Origin: Bdellovibrionota bacterium
GTDB taxonomy: Bacteria > Bdellovibrionota_G > JALEGL01 > DATDPG01
Direction: 5' to 3'
Length of the DNA: 64,000 bases
Assembly (NCBI GenBank): GCA_963668355.1
Contig: OY764265.1
Span: 2,688,001-2,752,000 of the forward strand
Positions 57,235 through 64,000 of this stretch are shown here, piece by piece. The notes beneath the pieces were generated by a model, which made no database searches, was not told the DNA's origin, and saw nothing but the letters and a program-made list of their open reading frames with translations. Each line of letters opens with the position of its first letter. Position 1 is the first letter of the stretch. Made by a program: the position numbers and the translations under genes.

Positions 57235-57286
57235 AGCAAACCCCATGCCCAAAAACGAGGAAAAGACCTTTTTTAACTTATTGTTA
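57235..57286 (-). promoter_or_regulatory. Sigma54-like promoter with IHF-like site upstream of the giant ORF
   Basis: GGGCAT-GGGGT-TTGCT (57250-57235); TAACAATAAGTTA (57286-57274). Confidence 0.55.
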
Positions 57287-57358
57287 TTATTTGTGTTTTT
57301 CCAGCAACCCTCAAAAGAGGAAACGAAACGAGACACGACTTCCCCAACCGAAAAGGAA

Positions 57359-57976
57359 TCAATCCAATTCTTCGATCGAGCCGATGATACGATCCAAGAG
57401 CTTGACGGTTTGTCCCACAAAGAAATGATCCGCCCCCTCAAAGATCTCCACCCCTTCTTGGGCCCTTAACTTGCTTGCCCAGGATTCAAGCAAGTTAAGG
57501 GGAACCAGCTCATCCTCCGCAGCAGCAAAAATACGTTTGGGAAAAGGCGTTTCTTGGAGATTTGGAAATGTGGCGTGTTTGAGCGGAGGGGCAATTAAAA
57601 ACAGGCCCCCAAGATCAGCTTGCGAGATGGATGCTCGAGAAGAAACCCATGCCCCAAAGGAATAACCGCAAAGAATAGTACGAGACATTGGCCAATCTTT
57701 CTCCGTTCGAAGCCAATCCAACAAGGCCAGGAGATCCTTCGTCTCTCCCTCTCCTTGATCATGTAAGCCCGTAGAGGATCCCACGCCTCGAAAATTAAAA
57801 CGCACACTACCCCATCCACGGGACTTCGCCCGCCGATGAAGTTGCAAAATGACCTTATTGTCCATGTCTCCCCCCATCAGCGGATGGGGATGAGCCAAAA
57901 CCAAGTTTCGACGAGTAACGTCAACTGGCTGAGCAAGATCGACCTCAAGATCGACCTCACCAAGGTGAATCAACAC
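57359..57976 (-). CDS. Alpha/beta hydrolase
   Basis: HPHPLMGG.M.NKV, RFNFRGVG.S, GYSFG, DELVP, ADHFF. Confidence 0.93.
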   Translation of the reverse strand: MLIHLGEVDLEVDLAQPVDVTRRNLVLAHPHPLMGGDMDNKVILQLHRRAKSRGWGSVRFNFRGVGSSTGLHDQGEGETKDLLALLDWLRTEKDWPMSRTILCGYSFGAWVSSRASISQADLGGLFLIAPPLKHATFPNLQETPFPKRIFAAAEDELVPLNLLESWASKLRAQEGVEIFEGADHFFVGQTVKLLDRIIGSIEELD

Positions 57977-57978
57977 GT

Positions 57979-58083
57979 TTATTTTTTAGCCGCTTCTTTT
58001 TTGCGTTTGATCCGCGCTTTTTTCTTTCGTTGCGCATTTCTTTGCTTTGTTTTCGGCGTCAATCGATTGTCTTTTTTTCCCAT
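57979..58083 (-). CDS. 34-aa highly basic protein MGKKDNRLTPKTKQRNAQRKKKARIKRKKEAAKK
   Basis: Hand-translated; GGAGA RBS; ends 2 nt before the hydrolase start. Confidence 0.65.
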   Translation of the reverse strand: MGKKDNRLTPKTKQRNAQRKKKARIKRKKEAAKK

Positions 58084-58215
58084 TACTTCTCCAATGTAGT
58101 GGCCTGCGCACTTCGAAAGATATCCGTTTTCCTTGAAATGCGAGGACCTCTTTAAACCATTTTTATCACCTCGTCACGGGTCGCCCCCGAGACAAAGCCC
58201 TCAAAAGGCCTTAAC

Positions 58216-58252
58216 GGCGCGGGAATCTAACCCCATTTTTATGGAATTTCAA
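58216..58252 (-). promoter_or_regulatory. Sigma70 promoter with GC-rich discriminator
   Basis: TTGAAA-17 bp-TAGATT followed by CCCGCGCC. Confidence 0.65.
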
Positions 58253-58370
58253 CGGGTTACCTTATTTTTCATTGAATAAAAAGAAGATCTGGGGTTTAAT
58301 TCGTCCGATTTAAGGATTTATTTTCCTCGCCCGCCTCGCGTGGATGAGGAAAACACGGCCCAATGGGCAT

Positions 58371-58646
58371 ATGGCAAAACGAGTACAAGCAACGATCATT
58401 GGAAGAGTGCAAGGTGTCTTTTTTAGAGTCACCACTCAAAAACAAGCCACGACATTGGGTCTTAAGGGATTTGTAAGAAATTTAACGGATGGTTCGGTTT
58501 CGTTGGAAGCCGAAGGAGAGGAAGAGTTGTTAAATCAGCTTCTCCGTTGGTGCCACGAAGGACCTTCCGGCGCTCGGGTTGACGAGGTAAAGGTGAACTG
58601 GATTACGCCACTAAATCAAGAAAGCGAATTTAGCATCAAAACCTAG
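58371..58646 (+). CDS. acyP: Acylphosphatase
   Basis: GRVQGVFFR, GFVRNLTDGSV. Confidence 0.95.
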   Translation: MAKRVQATIIGRVQGVFFRVTTQKQATTLGLKGFVRNLTDGSVSLEAEGEEELLNQLLRWCHEGPSGARVDEVKVNWITPLNQESEFSIKT

Positions 58647-58693
58647 GCCAATCTCCGTGCGTTTCGCCCTGGGAAGTATGAGGTGAGTACGGG

Positions 58694-60250
58694 ATGTCTT
58701 CAAAATTAGTTATCAATTCAAGTCCGCACGAGGTCCGAGTGGCCCTTATGGAGGGGGATCAACTTGCGGAACTCTATCTAGAACGTGGAAACGAACAGCA
58801 CTTTGTCGGAAACATCTACAAAGGAAAAGTCGTTCGGGTTTTGCCCGGAATGCAGGCTGCCTTCGTGGATGTGGGGCTAGAAAGAGCCGCTTTTTTGTAC
58901 GTGACCGATTTCTTCGATGAATATCAGGATGCGTTCAGTCAAAAAGAGGTGCAGGAAGCCAAGAGAAGGAAGCGCGGAAGAGGAAGACCCAAGATTCAAG
59001 ATCTCCTCAAAGAGGGCCAAGATGTCTTGGTTCAAATTGCCAAGGATCCAATGGGGACCAAGGGGGCACGCCTCACCTCATACGTTTCACTGCCCGGAAG
59101 ACATTTGGTCTATATGCCCACGGTCGACCATATCGGGGTCTCCAGAAAGATCGAAAAAGAGGCTGAACGTCGGCGCTTGCGAAAATTCGTTGAAGAAACT
59201 CAAACGGAAAGTGGCGGATTCATTGTTCGAACAGCTGCAGCAGGTCAATCCGACGAAAAATTAAAAGCGGACATTCAATATTTGGAACGTCTTTGGAAGA
59301 AAATTTTGGGGCGAAGACAGGGAATGAAACCCCCAGCTCTTCTTCACAACGATCTAAACCTGGTCCAACGAACCGTTCGAGATATGTTCACAGACGATGT
59401 AGAACAACTCATTGTTGATAACGGTCGAACGTATCGTGAGATCAAACAATTCATGGGTCAATTCCTTCCCAAGGGAAAATACAATGTCGAACTTTATAAA
59501 GGGAAAAAGCCCCTTTACGACCACCACGGAATTGAACCCCAAATTGCAAGAGCCTTGGCCCATAAAGTATGGCTTAAATCGGGCGGCTACTTGGTCATTG
59601 ATCAAACGGAAGCCCTAACCTCGATCGATGTAAACACGGGTCGGTTTGTGGGATCCAAAAATTTGGAAGAAACCATTCTTCAAACCAATATGGAGGCCGC
59701 CAAAGAAATTGTGGCTCAACTCCGCCTTCGAAACATCGGAGGATTAATCATTTTGGACTTCATCGACATGGAAAAGAAGTCCCATCGAAGCAAAGTCTAT
59801 CGTCATCTCGAAGGAATTTTGGCCAACGATAAGGCCAAAACCAATGTGCTTCAAATCTCAGAGTTGGGGCTTGTTGAAATGACCCGAAAGCGAACACGAG
59901 AAAGTCTTGTGAGCTTATTGGGTGAAACCTGCGCGCATTGTGAAGGAAAAGGCTATCATCAATCCCGAAGAACGGTGACAAACAACATCCTGAGAAGATT
60001 GCGACACGAAGTTTTGGGTAAAAAATCCCACAAAAATATCGAAGTTGCCGTTCATACTAACGTGGCCGACATCCTCAAAACGGAAGAGTATGAAGCGTTG
60101 GTTGATTTGGAAAATCGTTCAGGCAGACGAATTGTCGTCCGAGCACAAGCGAATTTTCACCCTGAAAACTTTCAAATCAAGCTCACGGGGCACGCCTTGG
60201 CCGCGACCACAGTCACACCCTTAGGGCAAACTGGTAGCGAAGACGAATAA
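58694..60250 (+). CDS. rng: Ribonuclease G (Rne/Rng family)
   Basis: GNIYKGKV, AAFVD, IDVNTG, LRNIGGLIILDFIDM, CAHCEG. Confidence 0.93.
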   Translation: MSSKLVINSSPHEVRVALMEGDQLAELYLERGNEQHFVGNIYKGKVVRVLPGMQAAFVDVGLERAAFLYVTDFFDEYQDAFSQKEVQEAKRRKRGRGRPKIQDLLKEGQDVLVQIAKDPMGTKGARLTSYVSLPGRHLVYMPTVDHIGVSRKIEKEAERRRLRKFVEETQTESGGFIVRTAAAGQSDEKLKADIQYLERLWKKILGRRQGMKPPALLHNDLNLVQRTVRDMFTDDVEQLIVDNGRTYREIKQFMGQFLPKGKYNVELYKGKKPLYDHHGIEPQIARALAHKVWLKSGGYLVIDQTEALTSIDVNTGRFVGSKNLEETILQTNMEAAKEIVAQLRLRNIGGLIILDFIDMEKKSHRSKVYRHLEGILANDKAKTNVLQISELGLVEMTRKRTRESLVSLLGETCAHCEGKGYHQSRRTVTNNILRRLRHEVLGKKSHKNIEVAVHTNVADILKTEEYEALVDLENRSGRRIVVRAQANFHPENFQIKLTGHALAATTVTPLGQTGSEDE

Positions 60251-60265
60251 AAACCGTTTCTTCTT

Positions 60266-60775
60266 TTATTGGCAATAAGACGTCGAAGCTTCGCAGTCAG
60301 ACCAGTCGAGAGAGTCTGCGCAAATGGGTGCATTCGACTCACTATTAGATCCAAAACAAATGGTTCCGTTATTCAAATTACCCAAGGAAACATTGAAGGG
60401 ACAATCAATCACACCGATATGCGTCGGAACACTCGTAACGGTATCCAAGGCAATCATCCGCACTCGGTAATAGGTATAAGGTAACAACTGGCTGGTTCCC
60501 ATCTGATAGGTGTCTTGAATGGGAGAATACCCCACCCCCGAGCTATCCGGATCCTCAAAAACCTCCTGATTGGCGTCTACGTCATCAATATTGCTTGGAG
60601 GACATTCCAACGGAGCGAACTCAAAATAGACCCCTCTAGTCCCCACGGAAAGAATTGGATTTACGGACTGATTGACAGCCACGTCGATATCAATCCGCAA
60701 AGATTCCTCGCCTCCACATCCCCAGAAAAGGAATGCAATGACAAAATATCCTGTGAAGGTCCATTTCCTCATCAT
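60266..60775 (-). CDS. Cys-rich lipoprotein (third of triplet)
   Basis: Lipobox FWGC; ATGA coupling to the upstream gene. Confidence 0.75.
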   Translation of the reverse strand: MMRKWTFTGYFVIAFLFWGCGGEESLRIDIDVAVNQSVNPILSVGTRGVYFEFAPLECPPSNIDDVDANQEVFEDPDSSGVGYSPIQDTYQMGTSQLLPYTYYRVRMIALDTVTSVPTHIGVIDCPFNVSLGNLNNGTICFGSNSESNAPICADSLDWSDCEASTSYCQ

Positions 60776-61197
60776 TCGGCCGTCGCATTCACAATGATCG
60801 AAACGCTCTGTGGCGATCCATCATTCACTAAAGTGTACGATCCTGAATAAAGTGAAGCCCCGGATGAGTCCCTTAAATGGGCTTCCAAACTGTACGTATA
60901 CCCCAAGGGGAGATTCCCCAAGGCAAACGTTCCCGTCGAAGAAACTGTGACACCGCATCCGGCAGAAAAAGAAGTCGTACAAGTACTTGGGTACGCAAAG
61001 GAGTCCGCCACACCGTCCCCGTTTAGATCCAAGATTCCTGAAGCACTCGCCTGACTCTCTGCAACCAAAATCAAATCAACGGCACGCGGATCAGCAAAAG
61101 CCGACGAGTTACTGAACGAAATCACAATTTCAGGCCCTGACTTTTCCCCACAACCGAAGAACGCGAGAACAACCAACAATAAAAGCGTCTTCTTCAT
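60772..61197 (-). CDS. Lipoprotein (second of triplet)
   Basis: Lipobox FFGC; DLNGDG calcium-binding-like loop; start at ATG 61197. Confidence 0.75.
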   Translation of the reverse strand: MKKTLLLLVVLAFFGCGEKSGPEIVISFSNSSAFADPRAVDLILVAESQASASGILDLNGDGVADSFAYPSTCTTSFSAGCGVTVSSTGTFALGNLPLGYTYSLEAHLRDSSGASLYSGSYTLVNDGSPQSVSIIVNATAE

Positions 61198-61198
61198 T

Positions 61199-61708
61199 TC
61201 AGGGGCAACTCGGAATGAGGTTGATGTTACAAGCGGATAAGTCCGTATCACTCAACGTGATCGTCACAGATTCCCCGGCTCGATTTAAGATATTTGAGTC
61301 GCTCCCGGACACCAGCAAATTATGATTTTCATCCAGCCCACAGGCAACCACTTCTACGACTTCACCTTCCGGAAAATGGGCCTCTCCATTGGAATCGAAG
61401 AACGGAATGGCGGGCCGAAATTCTGCATTTGAAACGGAAAAACCACAGGGAGCGGCAGCCAAACAGTTTTGAGAAGAACCTTCGACCGTTCCGACACAAG
61501 CACCTGGAAACAATTCAATGCGTGTGGCACTCGAACCGGGAGGGTAATTGACGATAAAAACAAATTCGGAAACGGCATCCTGACTGGCTTGCGCAACACC
61601 AGAGCCATCTAGAACGAGGTCAATTTCGCCAGGATCATCTGAACAATGGGTAAATGAAAATGCAGCAACCAGAAGAATGAGAAAAAAAGCCATATTTCGC
61701 GGGTTCAC
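61199..61708 (-). CDS. Cys-rich lipoprotein (first of triplet)
   Basis: Lipobox-like FTHC. Confidence 0.7.
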   Translation of the reverse strand: MNPRNMAFFLILLVAAFSFTHCSDDPGEIDLVLDGSGVAQASQDAVSEFVFIVNYPPGSSATRIELFPGACVGTVEGSSQNCLAAAPCGFSVSNAEFRPAIPFFDSNGEAHFPEGEVVEVVACGLDENHNLLVSGSDSNILNRAGESVTITLSDTDLSACNINLIPSCP

Positions 61709-61765
61709 CCCTATAGTGTATCCGAAACCCTTGCGTTACCTCAAGGACCAGCCACAATAGAATGA

Positions 61766-62449
61766 ATGAAAAGTGGAACCCTCTATATTGTGGCCTCCCC
61801 CATCGGAAATTTGGAGGATTTTTCTCCCAGAGCTCAAAACGCCCTTCGGGAGGTCTCTTTGGTTGCAGCCGAAGACACCCGGCGCACACGAAAGCTTTTG
61901 ACGCATTTTGAATTGAACAAGCCCTTAATTCGCTGTGATGAGCGCCTACAAGAAGGTGCCAGCCGGAAGATTCTCCGAGAGCTGGATGAGGGGCAATCTG
62001 TCGCTTTTTTGAGCGATGCAGGGGTTCCGACCCTTTCAGATCCCGGTGCGGTACTTGTGAATGCCATTGCCGAGGCTGGCCATTCAATCACTCCCATTCC
62101 CGGCCCTTCGGCCATCACAACCGCCTTGAGTGTGGCGGGCTTTCCCGTGGTTCCGTACAGTTTTTTTGGGTTTCTGCCTCGAAAGGGAAAATTTAGAAGG
62201 GAAATTTGGGAGGCCATAGAAAAGGGGCGGCAGGCCATCGTCCTTTTTGAATCCCCTTTTCGCCTCCAAAAAACCCTGGACCAATTGGGCGAAGCGTTCC
62301 CGGATCGGCGCGCATGTGTTGGACGAGAGTTAACCAAGTTCTATGAAGAAACGGCTCGGGGAACCCTTTCTGAACTGGCTTCCCATTTTGGACAAAAAAA
62401 GATCCGAGGAGAGTGTACAATTGTCATTGCTCATAAGGGTGCGCAATGA
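61766..62449 (+). CDS. rsmI: 16S rRNA (cytidine1402-2'-O)-methyltransferase
   Basis: PIGNLED, AEDTR, SDAG.P..SDPG, ESPFR, RELTK. Confidence 0.96.
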   Translation: MKSGTLYIVASPIGNLEDFSPRAQNALREVSLVAAEDTRRTRKLLTHFELNKPLIRCDERLQEGASRKILRELDEGQSVAFLSDAGVPTLSDPGAVLVNAIAEAGHSITPIPGPSAITTALSVAGFPVVPYSFFGFLPRKGKFRREIWEAIEKGRQAIVLFESPFRLQKTLDQLGEAFPDRRACVGRELTKFYEETARGTLSELASHFGQKKIRGECTIVIAHKGAQ

Positions 62450-62628
62450 ATCAAACGTTTGCTAAGGGACTGTTACTTTTCTTTCTTCTTTCGGGAGCGG
62501 CGTTCAACATCGCTCAGGGAAGAAAGGCCCTTCGTTCAAAGAAAGGGCATTCGGTCTGGGGATGGGCTCGAATCATCGTTGGCGTCGTGATGGCTTTGCT
62601 TCCCATTCCCCTACTCTGGTTTCTTTAA
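62446..62628 (+). CDS. Small two-TM membrane protein
   Basis: ATGA-coupled to rsmI; two hydrophobic segments. Confidence 0.55.
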   Translation: MNQTFAKGLLLFFLLSGAAFNIAQGRKALRSKKGHSVWGWARIIVGVVMALLPIPLLWFL

Positions 62629-62630
62629 CA

Positions 62631-63302
62631 ATGACGAATCTTTCAGCCCAAAAAAAGATCGGTCTTACGCACCTCCTCATCGCCTTCTTGGGGTTTTCTT
62701 TGGTTTTTAATCCTTGGGTCATCCCTGTTTTGCCCCAGAATGGTTGGCTTTCCGTTCTCATCTCGCCTCAAGTCTTTTTCCTCCTCGCATTCGTTTGGAT
62801 CGTCTGGGCGCGAAATCTTCCAAGAGAAAAGTGGGGACTTTCCGTTCAACCTTTCGGTTTAAACACCCTTCGAGGACTGTCGCTGGGCCTCTTTCCCATC
62901 TTTTTTGCCCTGTCGGTGTTTTTGTTTTTTGAACTTGTGGGTCTAAAGGATCTCTGGCTCGGTCCCCCCATTCCATATGCACCCACGGCAAAAGATTACC
63001 TCCTTCTCTTTCTCCTGGCCCCCTTGTCCGAAGAACTTTTTTTCAGAGGCCTTCTTTTTCCCGCTCTCAAGGAAGAATATTCCACCCGTTTTGCCGTGAT
63101 CGCCTCAGCGGTCATTTTCATGGCCGGTCATGGAGGCGTGAAGATCGGTCCCTTGATCTTGGGTTTGATCACGCCCCTTCTTTACCTGAGAACCAAGTCC
63201 TTATGGCCAGGGATGCTCTTCCACGCCATCAGCAATACGTACATCCCTCTTCTGATCACCTTTTTTCCAAACCTCTATCGAAAGATTCTCTACCTCTTTT
63301 AA
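62631..63302 (+). CDS. CPBP (Abi/CAAX) family intramembrane glutamic protease
   Basis: EELFFRG, FMAGH, HAISN motifs. Confidence 0.9.
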   Translation: MTNLSAQKKIGLTHLLIAFLGFSLVFNPWVIPVLPQNGWLSVLISPQVFFLLAFVWIVWARNLPREKWGLSVQPFGLNTLRGLSLGLFPIFFALSVFLFFELVGLKDLWLGPPIPYAPTAKDYLLLFLLAPLSEELFFRGLLFPALKEEYSTRFAVIASAVIFMAGHGGVKIGPLILGLITPLLYLRTKSLWPGMLFHAISNTYIPLLITFFPNLYRKILYLF

Positions 63303-63349
63303 GATACGCATCTGGCGATTCAGAAGATTCGAGGTTATCCTAGAAATCT

Positions 63350-64000
63350 GTGTCTAAAGAGACCGAAAGCAATAAAGACATCGAACTCCTTTTGACCCTC
63401 ATGGATAAAGCGGTTCGACAGTTCATGCTATATGGACGAAATCATCCACAATTTGCTTCCGCTTCCAACGACTTCTACAGTCGATTGAAAGATTTTTTCA
63501 CCTCTCATTCCGTCTTGGACTTAAACGTCAAACGAACGGAAATTCAATGGGGTGGAAAGAAGGTCTACGAAGTTAGCAAAAAGGATGGAAACTACATCCA
63601 ACAAATGTACGTGGATGGAATTCGCAGGCTTGAAATTCTTCCGTCCGTTGAAGTTTCGGAGCTTGAGGATTTTGTCTCGGTTCTTGGACGAGATGTACAA
63701 AGTTATGAAAGCCAAGAGGATGACACCACGACCCTCCTATGGAAGCTAGCTCTTCCAAACGTAAAAACGGAAACCATCGATATTTATGCCAGCGACCGAT
63801 TGGCCATTCTTCAGCAGGATGACCTTTCCCAGCAAAACCTTTCGGAGGAGGACAAAAAGAATAAAGATTACTTTGATAATATGATTTACAAACTTTTGGG
63901 ATATGAAACCGAAAGTCCTTCGGAAAACACCCCTCCTACGTTTTCAAAAAAAAGTCATTCGGCTTTCCAGGAAGAAATCAAAACCCCCGCGACCGAAGAA
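63350..64000 (+). CDS. Hypothetical protein, N-terminus typical of deltaproteobacterial HEAT-repeat proteins (runs off window end)
   Basis: Hand translation from GTG: LYGRNHP, MYVDGIRRL, DDTTTLLW; no stop seen. Confidence 0.65.
   Translation, partial: MSKETESNKDIELLLTLMDKAVRQFMLYGRNHPQFASASNDFYSRLKDFFTSHSVLDLNVKRTEIQWGGKKVYEVSKKDGNYIQQMYVDGIRRLEILPSVEVSELEDFVSVLGRDVQSYESQEDDTTTLLWKLALPNVKTETIDIYASDRLAILQQDDLSQQNLSEEDKKNKDYFDNMIYKLLGYETESPSENTPPTFSKKSHSAFQEEIKTPATEE

Noticed and set aside
376..63758. Numerous antisense or overlapping ORFs in the six-frame track (e.g. 7774-8649, 10837-11553, 14156-14854, 25853-26575)
   Set aside because: They shadow well-supported genes on the other strand or frame and show no recognisable motifs
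1..64000. UGA-recoded selenoprotein genes suggested by tRNA-Sec
   Set aside because: The TGA-ending genes examined are full length, often ATGA-coupled, and no split redox ORF was seen; not checked exhaustively

Overview
64 kb of mostly core chromosome from a bacterium of moderate GC content. Gene content suggests a deltaproteobacteria-like, Bdellovibrionota/Myxococcota-type lineage (inference from split gcvPA/PB, DivIVA-YggU, MYXO-CTERM-like sorting and many Cys-containing lipoproteins). Housekeeping genes include PBP1B, nadA, citrate synthase, scattered complex I genes, nth, PolX, a pterin/folate cluster, glycine cleavage and folD, yggS/maf, proC, truA, asd, pssA/psd, fur, comEC, uvrC, RNase G and rsmI, plus tRNA-Sec and tRNA-Val. 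Main unusual signals: (1) a 1729-aa putatively secreted protein with two homologous Cys-x14-His CNF1/CheD-like deamidase modules behind a sigma54/IHF-type promoter, an architecture shared with two other envelope genes; (2) a NuoB-NuoD fusion lacking NuoC, preceded by a metal-ligand-less MBL-fold pseudoenzyme; (3) a Tam41-like CDP-DAG synthase; (4) an apparent polyprotein with an internal MYXO-CTERM-like signal, a second signal peptide and a beta-barrel; (5) a tRNA-3'-end tandem repeat, a 122-bp MITE, two tiny basic ORFs missed by the ORF track, and many apparently leaderless genes. All family calls come from motif recognition by eye; no database searches were run.
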